This document shows positions 16,765 through 25,598 of a stretch of 64,000 bases of DNA, piece after piece. The notes beneath the pieces are model-generated. The model did no database searches and was not told the DNA's origin. It worked only from the letters and a program-made list of their open reading frames with translations. Source of the stretch: Patescibacteria group bacterium (lineage in GTDB: Bacteria > Patescibacteriota > Minisyncoccia > Minisyncoccales > UBA10102); contig JADFNM010000001.1 in assembly GCA_022563395.1 (NCBI GenBank), positions 526,342 to 590,341 on the forward strand, written 5' to 3'. Each line of letters opens with the position of its first letter. Position 1 is the stretch's first letter. The translations under genes were made by a program, and so were the position numbers.

Positions 16765-17919
16765 ATGGCAAAGAAAAACAAGCTAAACTTTGGCTTTCCA
16801 TTTGGTGCGCTCCAAGATGAGATAATAGAGCTTTTTGAGGCCGCAGGGTACAAGGTAAAAGTTGATCAGACGCTCCAGAAGATTGAAATCAGCGACCCCG
16901 ACATCACATGCCTTTCTGCCCGTCCCATTGCCATATCCTCCATGGTTGAGAGGGGAATTTTGGATGTGGGCATTTCTACGGAAGCATCGGTCATAGAGGC
17001 AAAGACAAAAAGGGTGAAAGAAGTATGTGATCTTGAGTATGAAAAATCCCTTTGGGGAAAGACCAATGTGGTGTTGGCGGTCCCCAAGGATTCCAAGATT
17101 GCAAGCGTGAAAGGCCTTCGGGGCAAGAAAATCATCACCAGGATTCCCGAAATCACCAAAGAGTTTTTGCGAAAAAACAAGATTCAGGCTGAAATTCTGT
17201 ATTCTGACTCCCTGGTGAACGAATCTAAGGTTGGGGTGACTGCAGATGCCATTGTGGAGTTTTCCAGAAGGGGGGATGTGCTGGCAGCCTACAGCTTAAA
17301 AGTCCTCAAAACCCTGTTTGAGAGCTCGGTGATTTTGATTGCAAACCCAAAGGCGCTGCAGGATGCCACAAAGAAAAAGAAGATTCAAGAACTCGCAACC
17401 CGTCTCAGGAGAGCCCGTTCTCAGCAGGAGCAGATGGTGAGTCCCTACACTCCATCTGGGAGTACAACTCATCTTGATGATATTGACCTCAAGATTCTCC
17501 AGGAGCTTTTTGAAGATGGGAGAAAGTCCTTTGTGGAAATCGCCAAAGATACAAAACTGAGTTCGGTTGGTGTTAAAAAAAGAATAGAGAAACTGCTGCG
17601 AGAAGATATTGTACAGGTTCGGGGGTTCATGAACATTGAGAAGATGTATGCCATGAGTGCTGTAATCGGGGTGGAGGCAGACAGCAAGACTTTAGCAGAG
17701 CTTGTAGAGCGGTTCCAACGCTCTCACTTTGTATATATGCTTGTGAAAACTTCGGGGAGATACAACCTTGCTGTGGGAGTGCTTGCCTCAGACCTCGGGA
17801 GTCTTGAGAGTTTCATCACGAAAGAGATCCGGGAGAAGAAAGGAGTAAAACAAGTAGAGGTGAGTGTTGGAGAACTGCCCCTTATCCCCAAGTGGGTTTC
17901 CCCACCTTTTTATAAATAG
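16765..17919 (+). CDS. HisG-like domain fused to an Lrp/AsnC-type regulator (HTH plus RAM domain)
   Basis: 384 aa. Residues 1 to about 215 follow the ATP-phosphoribosyltransferase (short HisG) pattern (ARPIAISSMVERGILDVGIS..., ...VGVTADAIVEF..RGDVLAA). Residues from about 235 carry the AsnC HTH (DDIDLKILQELFEDGRKSFVEIAK) and a C-terminal RAM-like domain. Confidence 0.55.
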   Translation: MAKKNKLNFGFPFGALQDEIIELFEAAGYKVKVDQTLQKIEISDPDITCLSARPIAISSMVERGILDVGISTEASVIEAKTKRVKEVCDLEYEKSLWGKTNVVLAVPKDSKIASVKGLRGKKIITRIPEITKEFLRKNKIQAEILYSDSLVNESKVGVTADAIVEFSRRGDVLAAYSLKVLKTLFESSVILIANPKALQDATKKKKIQELATRLRRARSQQEQMVSPYTPSGSTTHLDDIDLKILQELFEDGRKSFVEIAKDTKLSSVGVKKRIEKLLREDIVQVRGFMNIEKMYAMSAVIGVEADSKTLAELVERFQRSHFVYMLVKTSGRYNLAVGVLASDLGSLESFITKEIREKKGVKQVEVSVGELPLIPKWVSPPFYK

Positions 17920-17930
17920 TAAGGCAGGGC

Positions 17931-17959
17931 TTGACAAGGATCCTTGCCACGAATATAAT
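17931..17959 (+). promoter_or_regulatory. Perfect consensus sigma70 promoter TTGACA-N17-TATAAT
   Basis: TTGACA at 17931-17936, a 17-nt spacer, and TATAAT at 17954-17959. Confidence 0.6.
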
Positions 17960-18060
17960 ATACTCTGGTAGCAAAGTCAGATATTGAACAGTATTTACAG
18001 GATTGGTTAATATTTTAAACTCTTTTAGAAGATTTGGTTCAGAAAGTAAACCGCTAGCCA

Positions 18061-18089
18061 TTGACAAGGTTGTTTGATAAACATACAAT
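18061..18089 (+). promoter_or_regulatory. Sigma70-like promoter TTGACA-N17-TACAAT
   Basis: TTGACA at 18061-18066 and TACAAT at 18084-18089. It lies about 195 nt upstream of greA. Confidence 0.55.
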
Positions 18090-18283
18090 AAACTCCCCAG
18101 GACTGGGAGAACTATAGAGAAAAAATATGAAATTTAAATATCAATTATTCGGAACCTTTGTAGGATTGATTTACGCCAAGAAGATTATTGGCCGGATTTA
18201 TTGACCCATTCAGCAGTTCAGTGGAGGAATGTCAATAAATCTGGTCCCCGCAAAGGACTAGTTTTCATCACAACAACATTACC

Positions 18284-18757
18284 ATGACAGAAACCAAATA
18301 CTACGTTACAAAGCAAGGGCTCCAGAAGATTGAGAAGGACTATCAGAATCTTTTGGAATTCAAGAAGAAAAAGACCACGGGAGAGGGGGTGCCGAGCATT
18401 TGGCATTCAGAGGAAGTAAATCCAGATTATCTTGCCTTCCAAGAAGACATGAGTCTTTTGGAGACAAAGCTGACAGAGCTTGAGGTTATCTTAAAGAATA
18501 TTGAAATCATTACAGTCCCCAAAGGGGAAGAACGTAACCTTGTTGGCCTGGGAGCTACCATTACCGTTGACCTAGGAGGAGAAATTGATGAGTTCACCAT
18601 TGTGGGGACTCTTGAAGCTGACCCTCTGCAAAAGAAAATCTCCAACGAGTCTCCTCTTGGAGGTGGGTTATTGGGAGCAGAAGTAGGAGACGTAGTGAAG
18701 GTGAAAACTACTCTGGTAAACCACGACTGCAAGATACTGAAGATTGTCTACCGTTGA
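18284..18757 (+). CDS. greA: Transcription elongation factor GreA
   Basis: 157 aa. N-terminal coiled-coil (YYVTKQGLQKIEKDYQNLLEFKK) and a C-terminal FKBP-like domain (SNESPLGGGLLGAEVGDVV). Confidence 0.85.
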   Translation: MTETKYYVTKQGLQKIEKDYQNLLEFKKKKTTGEGVPSIWHSEEVNPDYLAFQEDMSLLETKLTELEVILKNIEIITVPKGEERNLVGLGATITVDLGGEIDEFTIVGTLEADPLQKKISNESPLGGGLLGAEVGDVVKVKTTLVNHDCKILKIVYR

Positions 18758-18765
18758 TAGATAGA

Positions 18766-20163
18766 ATGAAGGCGTTTTTGCGGTTTTCAAAGGGGCACCC
18801 GAAACTCTCCCCGCAGGAGAGGAAAGTTGTTCAAAAACTTACCGAAGCGGCAAAGATCATATCTTCTCTCTATCTTATGCAAAAGAACCCCAGATACCTG
18901 GGGGCGAATTTTTATCCGCATGATGCAACAAAAAAGGAAATTCAAGAGGCAGCAAAGAACAATCCTGATATCCTCAGCCCCTACACCTTTGTGGAGCGGA
19001 AGAAAGGAAAACTTATTGCTGTTTTCTATCACGTAAAGTTCAAAAAGGAGGTTGGGCAGATTGCAAAGCTGCTTCGTGAAGCGGCCGCCTTGAGTTCTGA
19101 CAAAAAGCTTAAGGCGTACCTGAAAGCAAGAGCAGAGGATTTTCTGAAGGATAACTATGACAAGAGCAACATTTTGTGGTTGCAGACCGAGTACTCAAAA
19201 ATTGGTGTGGTGATTGGCCCTTTTGACCGATACCTTGACCAGCTCTTTTTTAAGAAGCGAGCCTATATGGCATGGGTTGGAGTGTTAGATGAGAAAACGA
19301 CCAATGATATGACAGCGTTCAAAGAACTCATTCTCACGAGTGAACGTATCTATCTCCCAGGTTCCAAACGTGTGAAGATTTCTCAGGTGAAGGTCCGAAT
19401 TGAGGATACTCTGCTGTTTTCCGGGCTTGTAGCAGACTTTGTTTTTGTTGGAAACAACCTCCCCTCTTCTGCCGACACCTCTCTTATTAAGAAATACGGC
19501 ACTATCTTTACAGTCTTTGAGCCGACGCTTGCGTGGCGTTTTGAGCAGTCGGTTCTCCCTATTTTTCGGCGGGTATTCGCTCCTGCAGTCCAGCAAAAAT
19601 ACTCGTCTGAAGAGATAAAGAAAGCATTCCTTCAGATTTCCGTGCTCCACGAGGCCTGCCATTCTTTGATGAGATACGAGGATGCCCCAGCGAGGCTCGA
19701 GGAACTCTTCCCGTACTTTGACGAGCTTTTTACGAATCTCCTGGGAATTAAGGGATGCGGTGCTCTTATTTTAAAAAATGCGCTCACCGAACGAGAGCTG
19801 GAACTCATTACGCTTGTTGCCATCTGTCAGAGTCTGTATTTTTATGCCTCTCTTCAAGAGCGACCCCATATTAAGGCTTATGCAACGGGTGGAGCCCTCA
19901 TGTTGGAATTTTTGCAAAAAGGGAAAGCGCTTTCGAAACGCCCCGACGGTTTTCACTTTGATCCCTACCGTGCCCTCATTGCGCTCAATCAGCTCACCTC
20001 AATCATTGAGTACTACATTGCCCTTGGGAATCACAACGAGGCGGAAGAATTCTTAAAGAAATTTCCTCTTGGCAGAATCTTTTCTCCCTTTAAACCATAC
20101 TTGAAAGGCATTCCAAGAAAGAAGATACTCTTGTTGACAAAAAAGAAAAGTGATATAAAGTAG
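18766..20163 (+). CDS. Putative zinc metallopeptidase (DPP III / M49-like)
   Basis: 465 aa from the ATG (a TTG at 18754 is possible). HExxH motif LHEACHSL. The N-terminal pattern FYP.D.TK.E...SPYT...R and ...WL....KIGVVIGP...Y.D resembles M49-like hydrolases, judged from memory. Confidence 0.5.
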   Translation: MKAFLRFSKGHPKLSPQERKVVQKLTEAAKIISSLYLMQKNPRYLGANFYPHDATKKEIQEAAKNNPDILSPYTFVERKKGKLIAVFYHVKFKKEVGQIAKLLREAAALSSDKKLKAYLKARAEDFLKDNYDKSNILWLQTEYSKIGVVIGPFDRYLDQLFFKKRAYMAWVGVLDEKTTNDMTAFKELILTSERIYLPGSKRVKISQVKVRIEDTLLFSGLVADFVFVGNNLPSSADTSLIKKYGTIFTVFEPTLAWRFEQSVLPIFRRVFAPAVQQKYSSEEIKKAFLQISVLHEACHSLMRYEDAPARLEELFPYFDELFTNLLGIKGCGALILKNALTERELELITLVAICQSLYFYASLQERPHIKAYATGGALMLEFLQKGKALSKRPDGFHFDPYRALIALNQLTSIIEYYIALGNHNEAEEFLKKFPLGRIFSPFKPYLKGIPRKKILLLTKKKSDIK

Positions 20164-20229
20164 CAACACCTTCAAGAAGAGAAGGAAACTAGCTCTTACA
20201 AAAGAGCAACAATAGAGGGGAGGGGAACT

Positions 20230-21147
20230 ATGAGATACGGCATCGTCGTTCATGGCGGTGCTGGCGGCATCTCTCCTCCAACAAGGAAGGGATGTCGTCA
20301 GGCTGCCGAGGTTGGTATGGAGACTCTCCGGCAAGGAGGTTCTTCCCTGGATGTTGCGGTGGCAGCGGTACGCTGGATGGAAGACAGCGGTCGTTTCAAT
20401 GCAGGCACGGGTTCTGTTCTCCGGATTGATGGAACCATTGAGATGGATGCAGTGGTCGCAACCTCCCAAGGACTTCAGGGAACGGTGAGCGCTGTGCCCG
20501 AAGTCAAGAACCCAGTACTGCTTGCCCTTGAGGTGGCTCGCAGCAACATGCGGCACATCAGTGGACCCGGAGGCAGTCGCTTCGCACAGGAACAGGGCTT
20601 GGAATCTCATCCAGGAGCAACCCGTAGGGCGCGACAGCGCTTGGGGGTGCTCAAGGCAGAAATCAGACAGGCCTTGGCCAAGGGCGAGGTTCCTCAGGGG
20701 TGGACAGAAGAGGAACTCCGAAGATTCGTTGGATCCGATGGGGCACATCCTTCCCGCTGTCTCCAGGCTGTAGAGATGCAGCACGATACCGTAGGCGCAA
20801 TTGCGCTTGACAGGAATGGTGTAGTTGCACTGGCAGCATCCACCGGCGGAAACGGTCTCATGCGGAGCGGAAGAACAGGAGACGTATCGCACCGAGGCGA
20901 TGGATGGGACATTAAACCAGAAGAAGGTGTCCTTGCCACCGGTGTTGGGGAGGCGATCATTGACGAAAGAGGTGCCGACGTCGTGCTAGGGCTCTTGGGT
21001 CTTGGCTTTACGCCACAGCAGGCGTGTGAACAGGCACTGGAGCGCTTTTCGCCCCAAACCAACGTTGGGTTCATCGCCCTCGCAAGGGATGCCATTGGGA
21101 TAGCAGCAAACTGCCCCATGGCGTCTCACAGCATAACAGAGGGATAA
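20230..21147 (+). CDS. iaaA: Isoaspartyl peptidase / L-asparaginase (Ntn hydrolase, plant type)
   Basis: 305 aa. Motifs HGGAG, FNAGTGS, and the autoprocessing site HDTVGAIALD. GC-rich with a strong SD GAGGGGAGGGG. Confidence 0.85.
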   Translation: MRYGIVVHGGAGGISPPTRKGCRQAAEVGMETLRQGGSSLDVAVAAVRWMEDSGRFNAGTGSVLRIDGTIEMDAVVATSQGLQGTVSAVPEVKNPVLLALEVARSNMRHISGPGGSRFAQEQGLESHPGATRRARQRLGVLKAEIRQALAKGEVPQGWTEEELRRFVGSDGAHPSRCLQAVEMQHDTVGAIALDRNGVVALAASTGGNGLMRSGRTGDVSHRGDGWDIKPEEGVLATGVGEAIIDERGADVVLGLLGLGFTPQQACEQALERFSPQTNVGFIALARDAIGIAANCPMASHSITEG

Positions 21148-21162
21148 CAACTCTGTGTGCTT

Positions 21163-21205
21163 AGGTCCTTACCTGCCAGGTAAGGACCTTTCTCTTTGTT
21201 TTTCT
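21163..21205 (+). terminator. Intrinsic terminator after iaaA
   Basis: Stem AGGTCCTTACC / GGTAAGGACCT followed by TTTCTCTTTGTTTTT. Confidence 0.75.
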
Positions 21206-21209
21206 TGCG

Positions 21210-21218
21210 TGATATAAT
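21210..21218 (+). promoter_or_regulatory. Extended -10 box TGaTATAAT, 8 nt upstream of ATG 21227
   Basis: TGATATAAT, then ggcagatt, then ATG. Confidence 0.5.
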
Positions 21219-21226
21219 GGCAGATT

Positions 21227-22216
21227 ATGAAACGGCTCCTGGCATTCGTTGTATTCCTTGTCTTGGGGATTATCCTTTTTTCAAGCGTGGTGCGGGCTGT
21301 AGGATGGAGTGAGGTGTGGAGTGCCGTTCAGGAGTTCTGGGGAGGAAAGGGGGTGCTGCTTTTAATTCTTACGTTTTTGATTCTCGCCTTGGGGAATTGG
21401 CGCTGGAAAGAAATCTTGAAGTCCCAAGGATATCACATTCCTTTCTTTTCTCTTTTTAAGGTATATCTTGGAGGGTTCTCCGTGGCTTTTTTTATCCCTA
21501 CGTTGCCTTTTGGATCAGATCTGCTCCGGGCGTATACCATACAAAAAACATATAACATCCCCTTTTCAAGGATTTTTGTTTCTGCTCTCATAGAACGAAT
21601 TTTAGAAATCACGGCATATCTTGTTGTGATTCTGGGAGGGGTTACCATTTTTCTCTTTTCCACGCAGATTTTCCATACCATGGTTTTGATTTTATTTGGG
21701 GCGGCTTTACTGTTTATAACAATTCTCTCTCTTTTTTATTTCAAAAGTTTCAAAAGAGAAAGCATTGTCAGAATGATTCTGCCAAGTATTAAAAAGACAA
21801 ACAACATTCTTGAGATAGAAAGGGGGGTATTTAATTTTTTTAAGTTGCGCAATTCTGCGCTATGGAAAGGATTCCTATTCTCTTTTCTTAAGAGCTTGAG
21901 TGCCTTGTTGCGTGCCTGGGTTCTGGTATTCTTTCTTTGGAAAACCATAGGATTTCTTCCCACCCTTTCTGTTTTAGGGTTTTCATACTTAGCTTTGTTG
22001 GTGCCCATTCCAGCTGCGCTCGGTTCTCATGATGCGCTTCAGGCCCTACTCTTTCAATCGTTGGGAGCGGGCGCTCATATGGGAGCTGCATTTGCTCTCC
22101 TCATTCGTGCAGCAGAATTCGCCTTTGCGCTGGTTGGCATACTCTTCCTTATATGGCTGGGTATAGTATTATTCAAAAACACAGTGGTAAAAAAAAGAGA
22201 GAGATTCCTCTCTTGA
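21227..22216 (+). CDS. Flippase-like / lysyl-PG synthase TM-domain family membrane protein (UPF0104)
   Basis: 329 aa with about 8 TM segments. N-terminal region ...WSEVWSAVQEFWGGKGVLLLIL...NWRWKEIL is typical of UPF0104. Confidence 0.6.
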   Translation: MKRLLAFVVFLVLGIILFSSVVRAVGWSEVWSAVQEFWGGKGVLLLILTFLILALGNWRWKEILKSQGYHIPFFSLFKVYLGGFSVAFFIPTLPFGSDLLRAYTIQKTYNIPFSRIFVSALIERILEITAYLVVILGGVTIFLFSTQIFHTMVLILFGAALLFITILSLFYFKSFKRESIVRMILPSIKKTNNILEIERGVFNFFKLRNSALWKGFLFSFLKSLSALLRAWVLVFFLWKTIGFLPTLSVLGFSYLALLVPIPAALGSHDALQALLFQSLGAGAHMGAAFALLIRAAEFAFALVGILFLIWLGIVLFKNTVVKKRERFLS

Positions 22217-22221
22217 GCTAT

Positions 22222-23949
22222 ATGAAAAACCAAGAACTCAGTCATCTTTTTTCTCAACTCGCAACGTACCTCAGAATGGATGAGGTTTCTTTCAAACCCC
22301 AGGCCTTTTTGAAAGTTGCAGAAACCCTAAAAGTTCTTGGAGAGGATGTGGGGGAGATATATGAAAAAGCAGGACTCAAGGGATTGGAAGATATCCCCGG
22401 TGTGGGGAAAGGCATTGCAGGGAAGATGGAAGAATATTTGAAGACCGGGAAAATCAGGGAACTTACGGCGTACAAAAGAAAGATGCCAGTGAATATTGAG
22501 GAGTTGACTCTCGTAGAGGGCATTGGCCCCAAAATGGTAAAGGAACTGTGGAAATACCTTAAGATAAAAAACCTCAAAGATTTAGAGAGAAAAGCGAAAG
22601 CAGGGAAGGTGGCAAAACTTTCCGGGTTTGGCGCAGTAAAGGAGCAAAATATTCTTGAGGCCATTACCTTTCTCAAGCGCTCTTCCGGAAGGGGGCTGCT
22701 CGGGGAAATCTATCCCATTGCGCAAAAGTACGCGGAAGAGCTGAAAGGTTCAGGGTTGGTGCAGCAGGCAATTCCTGCCGGCTCCCTTCGGCGTATGAAA
22801 GAAACTATTGGGGACATAGATATTCTGGTTACTACAAAGCAGCCAGAAAAGGTCATGGACTTTTTTGTGCACATGATCCCCCATGAGAAGGTGTGGGGCA
22901 AAGGAAAAACCAAGACGTCCTTGCGTAGCAAAGAAGGGTTTGACGTGGATGTGAGGGTGGTTGAAGAGAAAGTGTTTGGGGCCTCACTTCAATATTTTAC
23001 CGGCTCAAAGGAGCACAATGTGAAAATAAGAACCCTGGCTGCAAAGAAAGGGTTCAAGCTGTCTGAGTATGGATTATTCAAAGGCAAAAAGCTTATTGCC
23101 TGCAAAACTGAAGAGGCAATCTACAAGGCCCTGGGTATGGAATACATAGAGCCAGAACTCAGGGAAGACCGGGGAGAAGTGGAAGCTGCTCTCAAAGGAA
23201 ATCTTCCAAACCTCATTTTGTATGATTCCTTGAAAGGGGATCTTCAGGTGCAGACCAACTGGACCGACGGGAAACATTCCATTGAGGAAATGGCAAAAGA
23301 AGCAAAAAAGCAAGGGTTAGAATACATTGCCATTACCGACCACACCAGAGATCTTGCCATGGTAGGAGGGGCAGACGAGAAAAAGCTCATGGCGCAAATG
23401 GCAGAGATAGACAAGGTGCAAAAGAAGGTATCTGGCATCAAGATTTTGAAAGGGGCTGAGGTGAACATTCGAAAGGACGGCACCTTAGATATTGAAGACA
23501 AAGCACTAGCAAAGCTGGACGTGGTGGGAGTTGCTGTGCACTCATACTTTAAGATGGCAAGAAAAGATATGACCAAGAGGATCATTCAGGCAATGGAAAA
23601 CCCCAACGTGGATATTCTTTTTCACCCAACAGGAAGACGTCTACTCTTGCGCCAAGAATATGATATAGATATGGACAAGATTATTGCAGCGGCAAAAAAG
23701 ACTGGGACAATTCTTGAGGCGAACGCTTCCTCGCGCATGGACCTGAGTGATATCAACATTAAAAAGGCAACGTACGCCGGAGTAAAGCTCGCTATCAACA
23801 GTGACGCCCATGACAAAAGCCATTTTGCATTCCTTAAGTTTGGCATTGCACAGGCAAGGAGAGGCTGGGCAAGGCGGGAGGATATCATCAACACATGGTC
23901 TCTGGAGAAGATGCTGTCGTTTTTGAAAGACCGAAAAAATAAAAAGTAG
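22222..23949 (+). CDS. polX: DNA polymerase X family protein with C-terminal PHP domain
   Basis: 575 aa from ATG 22222. N-terminal HhH 8-kDa/fingers region (NQELSHLFSQLATYLRM), catalytic GSLRRMKETIGDIDILV, and PHP motifs ITDHT...HSYF...NSDAH. Confidence 0.85.
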   Translation: MKNQELSHLFSQLATYLRMDEVSFKPQAFLKVAETLKVLGEDVGEIYEKAGLKGLEDIPGVGKGIAGKMEEYLKTGKIRELTAYKRKMPVNIEELTLVEGIGPKMVKELWKYLKIKNLKDLERKAKAGKVAKLSGFGAVKEQNILEAITFLKRSSGRGLLGEIYPIAQKYAEELKGSGLVQQAIPAGSLRRMKETIGDIDILVTTKQPEKVMDFFVHMIPHEKVWGKGKTKTSLRSKEGFDVDVRVVEEKVFGASLQYFTGSKEHNVKIRTLAAKKGFKLSEYGLFKGKKLIACKTEEAIYKALGMEYIEPELREDRGEVEAALKGNLPNLILYDSLKGDLQVQTNWTDGKHSIEEMAKEAKKQGLEYIAITDHTRDLAMVGGADEKKLMAQMAEIDKVQKKVSGIKILKGAEVNIRKDGTLDIEDKALAKLDVVGVAVHSYFKMARKDMTKRIIQAMENPNVDILFHPTGRRLLLRQEYDIDMDKIIAAAKKTGTILEANASSRMDLSDINIKKATYAGVKLAINSDAHDKSHFAFLKFGIAQARRGWARREDIINTWSLEKMLSFLKDRKNKK

Positions 23950-23953
23950 GATT

Positions 23954-24400
23954 ATGCCAAAAGAACAATCAGCCGGAGCTGTCATATTCCGCATCGAAAA
24001 CAAAGAACCTCGTTATTTATTACTTCATTATCCTACGGGGGCACGCACCAAAAAAGAGTATTGGGATTTTCCCAAAGGACACCTAGAAAAAGGAGAAACC
24101 GAAAAACAGGCTGCGCTAAGAGAGGTTGCAGAAGAGACTGGGTTGCGCGACGTCTTCTTTGTACCTGGGTTCAAACAGCGCATTCAATACTACTTTCGTA
24201 TAGAGGGGAAAACCATATTTAAAACGGTGGTGTTCTTTCTTGCCTTTACCAAGAAAAAGAAGGTGAAGATTTCTTTTGAACACAAGGGATTTATATGGTT
24301 GCCTTTTGAGGAGGCAATGAAGAAACTCAAGTTTACCAATGCAAGAAGAATTCTTACCAGGGTGCACCACTTCTTGAAGAAGCAAAAACAGGACTTGTAA
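23954..24400 (+). CDS. NUDIX hydrolase
   Basis: 148 aa with the Nudix box GHLEKGETEKQAALREVAEETGL. Confidence 0.85.
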   Translation: MPKEQSAGAVIFRIENKEPRYLLLHYPTGARTKKEYWDFPKGHLEKGETEKQAALREVAEETGLRDVFFVPGFKQRIQYYFRIEGKTIFKTVVFFLAFTKKKKVKISFEHKGFIWLPFEEAMKKLKFTNARRILTRVHHFLKKQKQDL

Positions 24401-24412
24401 GTCCCGCTTTTG

Positions 24413-24763
24413 TTACTTCTCCTTTACCTGCTCCACAATCTTTTGGAAGACTTGAGGATGTTTTTCTCTGAGTTCTGCAAGTATCTTTCGGTCCAGGGCA
24501 ATACCCTGTTTTTTTAACAGAGGGAGGAATTTGCTATAGGTCAAGCCCTGCTCACGTACCCCTCCTGAAATCTTGGTTTCCCAGAGCTTTCGGTATGATC
24601 TCTTTTTGGTTTTTCGGTCGCGGAACGAATACACCCAGGCGTGACGGAGGGCGTCTTTTGCCAGACGGTACTTTTTGCTTCGGCCCCAGCGAAAACCCTT
24701 GGCCTTTTTTAAGATATTCTTTCTCCTCTTTTTTGCGGTGGTTCCTCGTTTTACCCGTGCCAT
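24413..24763 (-). CDS. rplT: 50S ribosomal protein L20
   Basis: 116 aa beginning MARVKRGTTAKKRRKNILKKAKGF. Confidence 0.95.
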   Translation of the reverse strand: MARVKRGTTAKKRRKNILKKAKGFRWGRSKKYRLAKDALRHAWVYSFRDRKTKKRSYRKLWETKISGGVREQGLTYSKFLPLLKKQGIALDRKILAELREKHPQVFQKIVEQVKEK

Positions 24764-24764
24764 G

Positions 24765-24965
24765 TTATGAAGTCAACAAGCTCTTGATTTTTTTTGCGTC
24801 AGGTTTACTTAAGGCTGTCCACTTTTTCATGTGACGCCGCTGCTTTCCGGTGCGTTTCATTCGGTAGTGGTCTTGTCCCGCAGAGCGCTTCAAAATCTTT
24901 CCACCTTTAGTGAACTTAAAACGTTTTATAATGGATTTCCTCGTTTTTGTCTTTTTCCTTGCCAT
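24765..24965 (-). CDS. rpmI: 50S ribosomal protein L35
   Basis: 66 aa, basic, and located between infC and rplT in the canonical operon order. Confidence 0.9.
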   Translation of the reverse strand: MARKKTKTRKSIIKRFKFTKGGKILKRSAGQDHYRMKRTGKQRRHMKKWTALSKPDAKKIKSLLTS

Positions 24966-24966
24966 A

Positions 24967-25476
24967 CTACTTTTTTGTGATAACCATGGTAAGTCCCCTT
25001 GGTTCCAACTTCATGTCGCGTTCCGTTCGAATGGGAATTAAGGCGTTGAGTTGTTCTGTGAACTTCAGGATCTTTTCTTTTGCGTGTTCCAGTAATGCTT
25101 TCTGTCGTCCCCTCAGCCTTAGGTTGATTCTGACGTTGTCCCCTCGCTTTAAAAACTTTGCTGCCTGTCTTACCCTTGTCTCAAGGTCGTGGTCTGAGAT
25201 GTTGAAAGTGAGACGGATTTCTTTTAAATCTCCCCCCGTGTGCTTTTTTGCCTCCCGTTCCTTCTTACCCTGCTGGTAGAGATACTTTCCGTAGTCTGCA
25301 ATTCTTACTACGGGAGGGGTTACCTTCTCGGTTACCTGAATGAGGTCGAGCCCAGCTGCCTCGGCCCGTTGTATGGCCTCCGCCAAGGGAACCATGCCTA
25401 CCTGAGTTCCTGCCTCGTCAATTAAGCGAACTTCGGTTGCCCGTATTTGGTTGTTTATGTATGTTTGTTTCGGCAA
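24967..25476 (-). CDS. infC: Translation initiation factor IF-3
   Basis: 169 aa: INNQIRATEVRLIDEAG...LDLIQV...PPVVRIADYGKY. There is no ATG at the 5' end. The frame opens with TTG, preceded by ATT ATA, so the start is non-canonical. Confidence 0.9.
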   Translation of the reverse strand: MPKQTYINNQIRATEVRLIDEAGTQVGMVPLAEAIQRAEAAGLDLIQVTEKVTPPVVRIADYGKYLYQQGKKEREAKKHTGGDLKEIRLTFNISDHDLETRVRQAAKFLKRGDNVRINLRLRGRQKALLEHAKEKILKFTEQLNALIPIRTERDMKLEPRGLTMVITKK

Positions 25477-25598
25477 TATAATTTGTCGCGAGTGTCAAAC
25501 TTGTTTTGCACGAGCGACACCTTGGTGTTCTTTTACGGTTGGAACTCCCCTCCAAATTTGCAAAAGCAAATTTGGAGAATAAAAAGGGTCCAAATTAG

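Noticed and set aside
18127-18204. 25-codon ORF MKFKYQLFGTFVGLIYAKKIIGRIY as a real small protein or toxin
   Set aside because: There is no convincing SD or conservation evidence available, so it is kept only as part of the greA-leader observation.
20053-20892. 279-aa ORF on the minus strand
   Set aside because: It is antisense to the well-supported iaaA gene (HDTVGA Ntn hydrolase). It has low-complexity Cys/Ser/Pro-rich composition and is typical of a spurious open frame in a GC-rich gene.
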